This document shows positions 48,149-61,794 of a stretch of DNA of 64,000 nt, piece after piece; within the stretch, counting starts at the first letter, position 1, and each line of letters starts with the position of its first letter. Source of the DNA: Podospora anserina. Its lineage: Eukaryota. The stretch spans positions 124,001-188,000 of the forward strand of contig CM030337.1 of assembly GCA_017654855.1 (NCBI GenBank), read 5' to 3'. Under the pieces are notes generated by a model that made no database searches, was not told the origin of the DNA, and was given only the letters and a program-made list of their open reading frames with translations. Made by a program: the position numbers and the translations under genes.

Positions 48149-50901
48149 TTAATGTGGATACTGTTGTCCCAGGTTTGTCTGACCTGGCCCCAGCTCATAA
48201 CTCCCAAAGAACCCTCCTGGCGATGAAGCTGTCACCGTCATGGCCGAGTGCGGGCTGATGGGTGACTTCCCCTGTCCCGGCATCTGCTGTGGCTGTAGCT
48301 GTAGCTGTAGCTGTAGCTGTTGCGCATGCGCATGCTGCATGTGATGCTGGTATGGCCCCTGCTGCTGCTGATACACCTGGTTCATATCAAGGCTAAGTGT
48401 GTTCGCGCTGCCTCCCTGGAAACCACCTGCGCGTCTGATGCCATGTTGGAATTGCTGCCGCACTGGAAGATTCGTGCTGCCAAAAAAGTGGTTCGGGACA
48501 AGATTGACACCCGGCTGCTGCCGCAAGAGATAGCCAGCTGCCGCAGCCGTGTCGAAGCTGATCCCCGAGTCCCCCGAAGGCACCCGCATATGGTGGGAGG
48601 CACTCCCATCTGTTCCTCCGGAGGTCCCCAGAAGCGGCGCGCCAAATGTTGGCCGCTGTACCTGCCGCGCTGTCGGAGCCGGCACAGTGATACCAAGCTG
48701 ACGCCTTGATACTTGTGCCGGGAGAAGGGATGCCACATTGGTGTCACTCAATCCTCCCGGACTGACGGCCTGTCCATAGCCTCCCGGTGACGGCGCATAC
48801 GACATCAACGGCGGCTGGCTGGGACTCGGCCAAGACGAATCGTTGTTGATGGGCGTGCCATGCGTCGAGGACGCCCCGCCGCTTTGGCCGTTACTCCCCA
48901 GTGTGTCTCTGCTCTGAATCGGATGGAGGGGTGCTGTGTGGCTAGCTCTTCTCGCCCGCTGAGGGCTTGCTGTTGGCTGTCGAGGGCCCTGGTTGCGGGT
49001 CCGTCTTGGCCGCCCAGAGAGTTGGCTTGTCCGTAAGCGGCAGGTGTCCACAACAGAGTCGATGTGCTCGTTGAAGAGGCTGAGCAGGAGGTCTGGGTCG
49101 TGGTGAGGAAACTCCGTCGCAAGCCGCTGCCTGAGTTCATCGCGGGAGGACGGCTTCCTGAATTCGGCATGCACCTCATCCAATTCTGTAGGGGGCACAA
49201 AATCTTACCAGGGGTTAGTAACTATATCACACCAAAATTGAGTAGTTGTGGATGCTTACTATGGTCAGGGATCCCTTCCTCCGTGCCAAACAACACGTCC
49301 CAGAGCGTATCCCAACAGTCCACCTTTGAGTTTGCTTTTCTCCCATTGAGAACCTCCTCCACCTGTGGCGTGATGCCGTCTTCGGGGTCCAGACTTGATG
49401 GCACATCCCGTACTTCACACATGAGATGTATCTTTACGGCCGAATGGGCGACCAAGTCCACGTGGCTTCCTAGATCCTCCTTGCATCGCGGACACATAAA
49501 CGGCGGTATCGAGTTTTGTCGGTGGAAGTTCTTGATGTGCCGTTTGAGCTGAGGGATGTCGGGGAAGGACTGTACCGCGCAGCTCTGAAAGTCTCGAACG
49601 TTGAATCTGATCGGGTTTCTCTTGCGGAACGGACAGCTAAAGTTTTGGCCGTGACCATGGTCCGTTATTCTTTGTCGCTTACCGCCACCGCCCTGGCGAT
49701 CATCTCCCTCGTCGCCATCCCCGTCTTCTTCTTCCTCTCCGCCTTCGAGGCCCCCACTGAGTCTTTTTTTCGTCCCGTTGTGGTTTTTACGACTGCCCTG
49801 GCCACTTGATTTGCCGCCATAGCCAGTTGTGTCGGCCGTGCCTTGGATAGGAGTGCTGTTGAAACCTGCATGACTGCGAGCTGCCTCGTTCACTGGCGGG
49901 ACGGCAGAGTCGGCGAAATGCCGGCTACCGGACCGGACAATATATGATAGTTCGTCGAGACAGTAACTCACCGATTGGTAGGCCGCTGACGCGGTGCCTT
50001 GGTTCAGTTCACAGAGCTCGACACCAAACACATGCTTGAGGGCTCTGTCGAGGAAATCCTGCACCGAGTTGTCGTCCACTTCTACGTCGCTCAGAGAATC
50101 TGGCGTATTTTCATCTGCCGAGGAATGGAATCCGTCCGGTGTGGACGGACAGCCTCCATCTGCTTCAGAAGACAACTCATCCCGTTGCTGTGCCGGCTCG
50201 TTGTTATCGCCGTCCTCCTTGCCAACTATGTCGCAAGCGGCCCTGAGGTCTGGATTCGCCGCGTCATCCGTAATCGATCCAGCTTGTTTCTCGAGAGGTG
50301 GAGGATGTGTGATATAGTCTGAACTCCTCCGGTATGGCCGATCCGAATGCACTTTCCGAGGTGATGGCGGAATGTCACTGACTGGCTGGCGTTGGCGAAA
50401 TGAAGAGGATCTGTCAGTATCGATAGGAGCCAGAGGCTTTGTCGGTAATGAAGAGCAAGCGATAGAGCGAGATGGAGAGCCGTGAGGGTAGGGAGGTGAT
50501 GATGCCAGCACCGATTCAACATCAAACGTTTCTTCGTCAATGGCATCAGGACTTTCGGGCTCGGTGATGTCGGTGACAGTTGAAGCGGCAGTTAATCCAG
50601 AGGCCACAGACCAGCCGGTGTTTGACCTTCGTTGTTGGAAGTTCAACTGAAACCTCTCACATGAGTCTCGCCTCTCCGGCTGACGGCGCTCGGCGATGGT
50701 GTCCTTGATGGTACGAATGGGAATGGGTTGATCCTCTTGAAAGCCTACCCGAAGCGGCCGGTCTGGAAGGGTTTCCTTGACTGAAGAATCTGCACCGGAT
50801 CTGATATTCTTTGCTGGTGCTGGTATTGCTGCTGCTGTGACGGAAGATGCGTCGTGGGTGGCGGTTGCAGCTCGTGTTGCTGGCGAGGTGAAAGATTCCA
50901 T
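48149..50901 (-). CDS. Fungal C2H2-like zinc-finger protein with low-complexity termini
   Basis: FSCPFRKRNP...C...LKRHIKNFH...CPRC...H motif; intron about 49204-49259 gives NFVPPTEL; Gln-rich C-terminus with a (CAGCTA)n QL repeat. Confidence 0.78.
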
Positions 50902-52835
50902 TATACGCAAAGGTGAAGGGCCGGGGCCCTATAGTGTGTAGAGTCTGGTTGACGATATGTCAGGTGTAGAATGCGGGCTTCCTCGTCGGAATGAACGTCG
51001 TCGTGCTATATCAGATTGTGTTGTTTGTGTGTGAACTGGGAACTGGTAGGACCCGGCTGCAGCTAATATTGCATCTGGCAACACAACCACACAGTCTGCC
51101 CGGGCATCGACGGGAGGAGCCCGTAACGACAACCCAGACATGATTCCTATTTGAACTTGTCTATCCAGCAAGCGCAAGGCTGTGGTGGGATGCCGCTCGC
51201 ACCCAGCGTGGTGAGGTCAGGGGCGGGCCTCCATGGGCTGCCGCTGATGCGCCACAGATGGGAATAACTGAAGAGGCACTGGCTGGCGGGTATGGGAAGC
51301 CGCTTGGAAGGGACCGGGGGTTTCTGCGGCCCAGCCTCGACCCAAACTACAGGGGGGAGTGCAACCCATCAAGGCAGAATGTATGGCAGCGTGGCAGTGC
51401 CTTTTAACTCCGCCGGGCGGGTGCATCATTGGCTCTGGTGCATTGGGTCTGGCGAACTTCAACCTCAGACTTGAAGTTTCCAGCCATGTTGTCGTCTGCT
51501 CCCAGTCGATTGGTTGTGATTGCCCTTTCTCAGGGTGCTGCTCAGGTGCTGTTGATTTTCCGATAAGAACACTAGTCCTGATCTTTACAAACCTCCTTGG
51601 CCGCATTCGTTGTTGCTGTGTAAAAGTAGGCGCAACGTGAGCCTTCTCGGGGTCGGGTAATCCAGCATCATGTTGCGCTGACTGGGGGAACATCAAACTC
51701 GATGGTCAGGTACCAGGTGGCCCATCCCGTAATGTCGCATAACCAAGCTGTCAGAAGTAGGAAGCGATCATGAAACCAAACAGAAGGGACCTGTGAGGGA
51801 GCAAGAAGGAAGAGGCAACCACAGAGATCAGCCACGGCCTGGCGGGGACTGTGCACAGCTTTCTTGGCGTGGAGGTGGCTGGAGGCTGGAGCGCAAGTAG
51901 GATGGTGGGTCCATCAACAACGACATCACATTGCAACGTCTTCAATGCCCGTCCCAAATCGACAGTCAGACCAAGTTTGAGCCGCCATTCCGATCACCGC
52001 CGCAACCCTCGCAGAGATTGCAGACACCTCGAGATGGTGCTCCTGACATGTTTCTTGGAGACTCTTTGTCTTTTTACCCCCTCCTGACTGACCAGCATGG
52101 TTGGTTCAACGGTCAACCTTGCGAGTGTCTGCCCAGTGCTAGCAAACAGCCAGGCACACACACTCCAGGTTCTCTGAGCGACACACAACCCAGCCCGACC
52201 GGACGCTTCTCTGCAGACTCGACCTGTAGGACACTGCGGTAGATTTCATGCCGTGGTGTCTCTGGAATGTCTTGAGCAGTCCCTGCTGTTCTCTCGCCAG
52301 TCCAGCACAGGCAGGCAGGCTTCCCCTTTTCCCCTCCCAAGAGGTAGATGCCCGGAACTTGCCGTTCAATGATCGGTCAGCTGCCGGACAGCTGGCAGCT
52401 GGTGGTAGTCACTGGAACAAACTTTGCACAAGAGCTGGTGTGCACAAAACAGAAGGCTGGAGGGGCGGGTCAGGTGCACAAGGCTCGCTTATTACCTTAG
52501 GTACCGTGGTAGCTGTAGTTTGCGGGAGCTTCTGCTGAACACTGGCAGCTACAGCACCTGGGGTAGCAAACAAACCAGCAACACATCAGAAGCATCATCA
52601 GCGACGGCCGGGAAAGCTTTTGATTTTTCGACTCGTCAACAACACCCGTCGCGAGAAAAACACCCGACAACAAATCCATCCACCAACCCCACGATCTTGT
52701 TGTTCCCATTTCCGTCCTGTTCTTCGATTACACAGCTCCCATCAATCAAAGCGCTACCGCCTATTTTTTTTGCCCGCCCATCTGCACACCGCACACCCCG
52801 CGCCTCGCAGCACATCACAACACTTCATCATCACC

Positions 52836-53712
52836 ATGGCTGGCGGAAAAGGAAAGTCCTCGGGTGGCAAGAGCTCTGGTGGCAAGACATCCGGTGTTGA
52901 GGGTTCCAAGAAGCAGCAGAGCCATTCTCAACGCGCCGGTCTGCAGGTATGTCGCGTCCCGCTGAAGCTGGCCTCTTTTTCTTCCATTTCGTCGTCGACC
53001 CCCTCCCGCTGCCCGCATTGGGACCTGCTCCGTGAGCTATCATGAGCACGCGTCTGCCGCGCATTCCGGACCTAGCTGTTGTTTTTGCCCTCCCCCATCG
53101 CCCAATGTCGCGTCCACCTTGTCCACCTCGGCGGTGCTCTGCGCATGCATTGCGCCTACCTGCCCGCTGCTGTCAGGTCAGGCACAAGGTCTACCATCAA
53201 AACCGGTGCCAGGCCTTGTCGCATTGCATTGATGCTTATGGCAATTTCTTTGTTGTTCTTGGGGGTTCCCCCGCCTCGCAGTTGACGCCAGCATGCTAAC
53301 ACCAGATTCTTTAGTTTCCCTGCGGCCGTGTGAAGCGCTTCTTGAAGCAAAACACCCAAAATAAGATGCGCGTCGGCGCCAAGGCTGCTGTCTACGTTAC
53401 TGCCGTACTGGAATACTTGACTGCCGAAGTTCTCGAGCTTGCTGGAGTACGTTGTCCCATCTCAACCCACCTCCTCGTCTGTCCGCCTCGAGCCTGGGCT
53501 AACTGTTATCTCTTTGAATTCAGAACGCTGCCAAGGATCTCAAGGTCAAGCGTATCACTCCCCGCCATCTCCAGCTCGCCATCCGTGGTGACGAAGAGCT
53601 CGACACCCTGATCCGTGCCACCATCGCCTTCGGTGGTGTTCTCCCACACATCAACCGCGCCCTTCTGCTCAAGGTGGAGCAGAAGAAGAAGGCCAAGGCC
53701 GCCGAGGCATAA
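52836..53712 (+). CDS. HTZ1: Histone H2A.Z
   Basis: [12 protein letters not shown]...[20 protein letters not shown]...[69 protein letters not shown]; introns 52947-53314 and about 53448-53523. Confidence 0.97.
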
Positions 53713-54540
53713 AAACAAGACCCTCTCGGACCCGACAAATTTTCTTTTGGGCACTGTATTTGCAAAACAAGTGCAACATACGTTTAACTGATGAACCGGC
53801 CGTTGTAGCAGCACGTGCGATGATAGGGTGGTGGCAATTTTGAGGGATGCGGGTTTAATTTGTTTGCTGCACCGGGATACTGATATCTGGTGGATTTTTA
53901 TTTTCCTTTAATGTCGGAAGCCTGCGGACACTAGCGACCGAGGTAGAGGGCTGGCTGCCAGCAGACTGTGCAATACAGGCAGGTCTCCCAGTGGTCTTTC
54001 CACGACACACAAGCCAACCTCGTTTGTCATCATTATCTGGGAACAGTGATGAGCCCTGACCCATGACAGGACGGGTGGGAAGGGGGAGGGAAATGCCAGT
54101 GGGAAACGGTGCTGATCCTTTGGTCCTGCATACACACACACACACGCGCGCGCGCTTGGGCAACACCTCGATATGCTACAACAATACAGAGCAGGATATT
54201 GGTGAGGAGAGGTTATCTTAGGTAGCGAAGCCAGGACCCTGGGGTCCACGTGGTGCCAGATGGATGCTTTTACTACGCCCCTGTCAGTATTTCATTTGTC
54301 ACTGCTATGTGAATGTCTGTTATTGGTCAAAATTTCTTTGCTCATGTGTCTTGATGCTAGGGTTGACGACGTCTGGAGGGTAATATAGGTAATTTGTACC
54401 ATTTAGGTGATTCCATCATCTTTTAGTTGCTGTGCTATGCTGACTCCGACAGCAGCATCACGGCATTGTACCCTGCTCCCGTTAGCCGTCTCGGCTGGTC
54501 TAGATCGCCACCTACTTCGCCTGTCTTGAGCTGGATTCTT

Positions 54541-55277
54541 TCAGAACAACGTCATTACCATATCGGTGTCTTGCTTCTCGGGCTCGGGACCCGGATCAAC
54601 AGCCTCCCACCTGTAACCATTTTCGTTGTCTCGAGTCAACGTTACCCTTCCCTGTTCATAAGCCTCAAAGATCATATGCCGGCACTCGGAAGGGTAGTCA
54701 CAGTGCAGGAAGCAGTTGTGCTTCTTGTTGACGTACAGGCGTTCTTTGGCCAGGACGACCCTTTGCCTGTGACTAGATGTCTTGATGGGGGACCACTGTA
54801 CCTTTTCCATTTCAGCGCCGTCTTCATCATCGTCATCCGAGGCAGGGGAGAAAAAAGACAGCGGGGTGGGCTGAAAGGTAACATGAGATTCCGCCGCCAG
54901 CTTTGCCGTTGTGCAGGAAGTTGAAGACGAGGGAGAAGACAAGGCCAGGCGACGCCAGGAGTTGTAACGCGCCCAGCCAGAATAGTCAAACGTGGAGGCA
55001 CAGGTTCGGTTGCCCCGTCGCTTTTGAAGCTGCTTCGGGCGCTTAGAATTGGGGTTGGGCTTGATGACGGGAGAGATGAGAGTGGTGCAGAAGTAATGCG
55101 AGCAAGCCAGGCAGCGGCGAGTGGTGGCAATACGGTACTTGGCGCCGCAGTTGTGACAGCGCCATTTCCATCTTTGGGCCTTGGAGGGGGAGGAAGGGAA
55201 GTGATGAAGTTGGTGACTGGTGGTGAGGGTATTCGAGGAGGGGGGGGCGGGAGGATTGCTGGGAGCATTTCAATCAT
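54541..55277 (-). CDS. Cys-motif (putative Zn-binding) protein, apparently frameshifted near its start
   Basis: Open frame WKWRCHNCGAKYRIATTRRCLACSHYFC...CASTFDYSGW...CFLHCDYPSECRH has no in-frame ATG. ATG 55277 reaches it only if the C8 run (G8 on +, 55240-55247) were C9. Confidence 0.65.
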
Positions 55278-57539
55278 CGTCTTTGATTTGAGACAAGCAC
55301 TAGTTCGTGAAAGCGGTGGGCGTGGGCTTGACAGGAGAGATGCTAGGCCTATTAGTTTTTCAGTGTCAAGACAAAATGGAAGTAACAAGTGAGGTTCTGG
55401 CTTGGGTTGGTTTCCAGCTCTGGTTTGAAAACGGGAGCCGCACCCGCTACTTGACACGCCGTGGATCAAAGAAATGGCCATGACTTTGAACAACAGAGAC
55501 AACAACATTCTAGTTTTGGCTGATTCCAAAAGTACTGCATGGCCTCTTTGTCTCGACACTTGGCCCAGCTGTATCAGAGCATCGACACCACTACCTACAC
55601 CACGTTAGAATCTAGATACTCGGCGCTGAAAGAACAAAGAGTCAAAGTCTTCTTTCAAGAAAACACTTAGGAATTGTCTTTGACAGCGGCGGCAGGCACT
55701 AATACAATGCTATTTTCGGATGGCCAGTCGCAGACACAAGGTTACTTGCAACCATGTGTGTGACGATGGCCTCTCGGCCGCCATCTGGCTCAGTCCCTGA
55801 CAGGGTGGCAGCTTGCAAAGTGAACCCACGTCACGGTGAGATGAGATGAGGTCACAACGGCCAGAGGTGTCAGTCGGCGGTGGTCGGCATCAGGGTCGTG
55901 TTGGCGAGATTAGGAGAGCAGGCGTCGGCTTGCACAGTAGATCCAAGCGTCGGGATACACTGTAGACGATACCCACAAGCAACACTGCGGGACCCTTCCG
56001 AGATGACGACTCCAGCGGCCCCGCAAGCAACGGCCAGCGCTAGAATCAGGAGAAAAGGGGTTCTTTTATTCTGCCGGGTTCAGCTCCGAGATCAGCCCCC
56101 TTGTTGAGTGTTGACAGGCACACAGGGGAGAAAGAGGACGGGAGGGAGTCGGTCGGCGTGGGAGGCATCATGTGACGGCCATGGATGCCCCGGGCATAAA
56201 ACATCGAGGATAGGAGGCACGCCCATACAGGCTCTCGACCAGTGGAAGGGCTTTGTTGCCTTGCATCCAATGACGAGCACTGGGGAGCCAATGGCAGGGC
56301 CACAAAACGCTCTGACAGAAGCATCCATCCATTCAGGACCCGGGCGGCAGAACCTGGAACTTGACGGCGGGGAGGGCGGCAAGGCACATCTTGTACGAGA
56401 GAAAGAAGCAACAAAAAATGGCGACGGGAGTGGATAGAGATGGGCATCTGGCATGGGGGGGAAAGAGAAGACAATCTGAATGAATCCAACCTGGAAGGGG
56501 GGAAAATGAAGAAGGTGCAAGCCATGGGGACGAGCTTGCGCTTGGCACGCTGGATGTGGTGGGGCCATAAAAAGGCGGGATGATTGTATCCATTCTCGCT
56601 CCCTCCCGCTGGCCTGGTCTCTTCACCCTTTTTAGCCTCTTGGGACTATTTTGTGGCCGACTGCCTCCCCACCCTTCTGGATCGCCTGTTTTTTGCATTC
56701 ACCGCCACAGAAAAAGAGGTCCCCAGCAACAGCGTCCGAGTTGACTTTTCTGACAAGCGCAGCTGCCACCATCTCGGGTCGCCTCTCCATCTCTTCCTCC
56801 AACCCAATCCGCCGCTCTCCAATCTTTTTTCGGTTTGGTCAACCCAGCGAAACCTACGACTACCACCGCCAGCAGACGACGTGATGACATAGACCTTTCC
56901 CGTTCCCTTTTTTCTTCGAGTTACGCTTCCACTGCTGTCGCCGTCTTCTTGCCCCGTCTGTTGTCGTCTGTCTCTGTTCCACTTTTGCCTCTCTAGGTGC
57001 CTCTGTCTCTGATCTAGCCCTGCTCGCTGCTGTCTGGCTGTCTGTCCGCTATTCCGCTGCTGCCCGCCGCACTGTGGGGTTTTTGAGAGAGAGGGAGAGG
57101 GAGACCAGACGAAAGTGGGTGAGAGAGAGCGATTTGCTTTTCACGAGTTTTTTCCCCCCCCTCCCATCGTCCCGACGGACGATCGAGTCTTTACCATCAC
57201 CTCGCCCGTGTCATTGCGAACCACAAAATCACCGCCCAAAACCACACCAAAAACTCCACCTGCAAAACTCTGCAGCCTTTTTGGCTTTTCGGTCTTCGGC
57301 TATCCCCTTCTTCACCCTTCGCATCGTCCGTCGAGCGAACCGATCCGATCGACCGCCCCGAGCCACGCTGGGTCTCTCGACTCGCAGTGTCAGAGCCCGA
57401 CGCTGTCCCATTCCCATCGTGTGCCGCATGAGGCCGAGCCTCGATCCCGCTGTCTCGCAAACGTCACCTTTTCCCAAGCTTGGCTTCTGTCTTGCTGGAT
57501 CTTCGCGCTAACTGTCGCGATTGCTAGTCTTCGGGCAAA

Positions 57540-59603
57540 ATGAGCGAACAGTCGGGCTACTACAGCGGCTATGCGCAGCAGCCAACACGGTCCTCCCCCA
57601 TCTCGTCCAGGACGGGCTTCAACACCGTCTCCGGACTCCCAAGCGCCATGCGACCTCAGCAGCGCCACCAGATAGACTCCTTCACCCAGGGGTCTGCCTC
57701 TCTATTTCCTGCCGAGGACCGCTTCAACCCCTACGAAAGCAACTCTTTCAGACAACAGCAACAACAACACAGAGCACCACCAACACCAGGCTTCCCGACC
57801 GACAACTATATTGGCAATGCCCAGGCATGGGCGTACAACGGTGCCAACACGGTGAACGGAGCAATGGGCGACAGCAGGCTTCGGCCGAGTGCCTCTCGCA
57901 GAGCAGCTCTGCCCACGGTTCGTCCAACTCACCAGCCACATCTCGCACGCGCAGCTAGATATTGTGATCTTTTTTACTGACTTTGCTTTTTTGTTTCCAC
58001 AGGAATGGACCATGAGCGGCGAGCAAGGTCTGGGGAGTCAGGCCCTCAACACCCCTTCAACACAGTATTCGGCCATGGCCAACTTTAACAACCAGAGCAT
58101 GGGGATGATTAGTGGTGATGGCTATGGCTCCGAGCGGCATGGCTTTGCGAATGGCATGTACGACCCTCGTCACGATGCCAAGTCCATGTCTAGCGACCTG
58201 ATTCCGACCGCCATTGTCATCAAGAACATCCCGTTCAATGTTCGCAAGGAAATGCTCACATCCATCATGTCGGACCTGGGACTACCCCAGCCATATGCCT
58301 TCAACTACCACTTTGACAACGGCATTTTCCGGGGACTGGCCTTTGCCAACTTCCAGAGCCCTCTCGACACACAGACTGTCATTGAGCAGCTGAACGGATA
58401 CGAGGTTCAGGGCCGCAAGCTGAGAGTCGAATACAAGAAGATGCTGCCAGAGCACGAAAGGGAGAGGATCGAACGCGAGAAGCGGGAGAAGAGAGGCCAG
58501 TTAGAGGAGCAGCACCAGCCCCTAACACTGCAACACCAGTCCTCGATGCACTCTCTAAATGCCGCCCACAGCACCCGATCCCGCACTTCGCCGCTGCGTA
58601 AGTCCACGACAAAATCAACAATGAAGCTCTCGGCATCAGCTAACCCAGCATCCATTGCAGGGGATGTGGACCTCAACAATCCAGACACTCTGCAGTTCTA
58701 CACGGAGCTTACCCTGTTCCGCAACGATCCCAACCGTGAAATCCTGGTTTTCCCCTCTACCATTACACCGCATCAGCGCCGAACCGTCCACATTCTCGCG
58801 CACAATATGGGGTTGGAGCATCGCTCGGTTGGCGAGGGGCCGCAGAGACAGTTGCACGTTCTCAAAGAGTCCGCGCCACCTGCGTCCCTCGTGCACAACC
58901 TGCCGGGTGTGTCGGCCGATGCCCACCGCCGTGGTCTGAGCCGTGCTGCTACCATCGACTTTGCTGAGACCCGGAACAGTGGACCAGGCCACTATGCCAC
59001 CATGGGCCGCTCTAGCCGTCATGGCCCGACATTGGAGCTTCCGGACAGCCCAGATGGTGGGTTAAATGCGCTCCGCGGCGTCAAGTCGTTTGCCGACCTG
59101 CGTTCGTACACGCCCAGCCCTTCCCTGTCCTCAACAGGGTTTCCTCAAGCTGGCAGTGTAGCTCAGTACGGAGAGTACAGCGCCAATCTTGCCGGTCAGA
59201 ACAGCTCATTGACCACACCCACGACTCCGGGTACCAACTCCAACAATGATCCCTCCATGTTGATCCCGGACCTCAGTGGCATGACATTGAGCGAGAACTT
59301 TGGCAGCAACAGACTGCGCCCTCGGGACGCACCTGGCGCCATCGGCAGCCAGCGGCCCGTGATGAACGGGTCCAGCACCCGCAGCATTCCCGAACGTCAG
59401 CCACTGGGCCCAAATGGAGATTGGGGTGAAGGCATGGCCGGTTTTGCTGCCCGCGGCCGGGCCAATGGCCACATGCAACGGGGAAGCGGTACGTGATCTT
59501 TGCTGGCCAGCTCTTTGAACACCACATTGACTAACTTTTTATTGCAGAGTCTTCAGATACCGCGGTGCGTTCGGCAACCACTTCCGCGGCCAGGTTCCAA
59601 TAG
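57540..59603 (+). CDS. PIN4: RRM plus R3H RNA-binding protein (PIN4/Cip2-like)
   Basis: IPTAIVIKNIPF...PYAFNYHFDNGIFRGLAFANF...GRKLRVEYKKMLP; R3H QRRTVHILAHNMGLEH; introns 57918-58002, 58598-58660 and 59489-59547. Confidence 0.9.
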
Positions 59604-61794
59604 GAGCGGAATCGTGCACCTGCCAGTTGTGTGTATGTTCGGCGTGCTGATCTGGAACGAGCCAACCGGGCGTCGTATCCCTCCGGCTTGCCCCCACAGC
59701 AGAGCCGACCGCAGGCCCAACAATTACCTCACATTCGCTATCCTTCCCATTTTCTTCCTGGGCCGCCGCTTCAGGATGGTCAGAGAGTTTTCGTGTTTCC
59801 ACCCTCGCCTCCCCTTTACTGATGGCATTGGAAGAAAACGATTAAGCAAAGTTCGTGTGGGTTGAATAGCTGCCACGGCTGTTGGATTAAAATAACTTGT
59901 TGGAATACGGACGGATGGGCGCCATCATTGCGACCTGCAACACACCAAAGCAAAACAGCAAAACAAAAAAAAAGACAACTATCCGCATCTACACATACAC
60001 TCGCAACAACCGCACAGAGTCACTTCTTCGCCCTTGCTGCCTCCGCCGAGCATACGCCTTGTAATATTGTTTCAGAAGCACGTCTTCGGCCCTTCCAAGA
60101 CTCTGGTTTTCCTCTTTTTTTCCCTCGACCTCCCTCAACTGTCCATGGTTCGTACCCAAGCTCCATGATGATTGGCGACGTTGTCGCTCCTTCGAGCCTT
60201 TGTGCTATGCTCTCCCGATAATGAACGACGATGGAAATACGAAAAGAGACGGGAAAATGAACGAATTGGGTATACAGAGAAGACTTTATACACCTCATCT
60301 GGGCGACCAATTTTGTGCCAATCTTTTGATTGGCATTAGGCAAACCTCCGCAAGGCAGCATTCCAGGATTACTTTTTCTTTGAGCTGCCTTGGTTCCTTG
60401 GACGCCCACCAAGGCTTTTCCCCTGACGCAAAGCGTCCTGGGTTTGCCCCACCAACCACTTGTTTTATGAATGTTATGGTTGTTACGACGTCACGTCCTA
60501 GATGGCTACGGCAAAGCTACACCACCCCTTTGCTTGGTGGGCAGGGCACTTGACTACTTGTTTCGACTCAATGTGCGGCCCGCCAAGAAGAGCACAAAAC
60601 CGGTGCTATGGCATACGAAAAAGCAAAAGGAACTCATCTAATAGACGGCACACTCAGGTGTGACTATCCACGCCCCTTTTTCTACCCTTTTTTGATGCAT
60701 ATAGGTGTGTCCCTGACAATGGACACGACATTGCATATGTCAGCATGATGTGGTGACCAGATGGTGATGAGCGCCGGTGGGGGGATGGTGGCGCACAAAT
60801 CTTCTACAGGTTGTCGTTGAAAATAACAAAAGTTTGACTTGGGCCATGTTATTTCAGCAAAGCTGCATTTGGGTTCCTGTTACTGTTGGTTTGACTTATT
60901 CGGTCTACTTTAATATATGTCTTTTGCCTCGATGTTTCTTTTCTCGTGGTTTGCGTTTGTCTTTGGTTTGGGTGGGCTGCTGCGAGAAAGACGATTCAAG
61001 AACGCACTTCAAGGGCTCTATGATCACACTATCCTTCCACCAGCGACAAACTTTTCTGGGCATGATATAATGGGTGGTGATGACGGTTGCTGATGGGACC
61101 GGGGCACGAATGAATTTGGCTGTCGCAGTTCAAGCCAAGAGACATGAAAATGGGGGCAAAAAAAGGGAACGGGATCACAAGCAAGAATGATGTGTATGGT
61201 TATGAAGTATGAGTACTTCTATTTGCTGGGAGCGAGATATTGGCGGCTTGGCTTATTTCCATCATTCTCATCAAATATGCGGATACCTTCACTCTTGGTG
61301 TTGGAGTCCTTGTGTAGATAGACCGTTGTGAGTTCTCCAATTGTTGAGGCGTCGGGCAATTACCGGGCCAGTCACCTAATATGAGGTTGGCTGTTCCTTT
61401 TTCTCTCTACATTGCTATCACGTGAAGGGTTTTTCAACAAAATGTAGAGACTGCCATCTACTCAGCAAGGGGATGTTCAAAGAAGGTTGGACCACTAATG
61501 TCACGGTTAACAAGCCTTGAAATTCGGTAGCCTTGAAAGCTTGGCAATGAGCTTTTAAACATTAGTAGGAGGAGGCCTTGGGGGCAGAATACTCGTTGAT
61601 TGACTTCAAATATATACCATAAGGTAAAGACCAATATGTCTCGACATGGTCAAGGCCCTTCTTATTTTTCGATGCAGTTCCTCGTGTTATGTCTGGGAAA
61701 GTGGGTCGGTCCCACATATAAGGGGGTGTCTTGCAAACATTCCCCTCTTTCGAGTCACGACATATCCTCACTCACACACATGCTCGCTCAAAAA

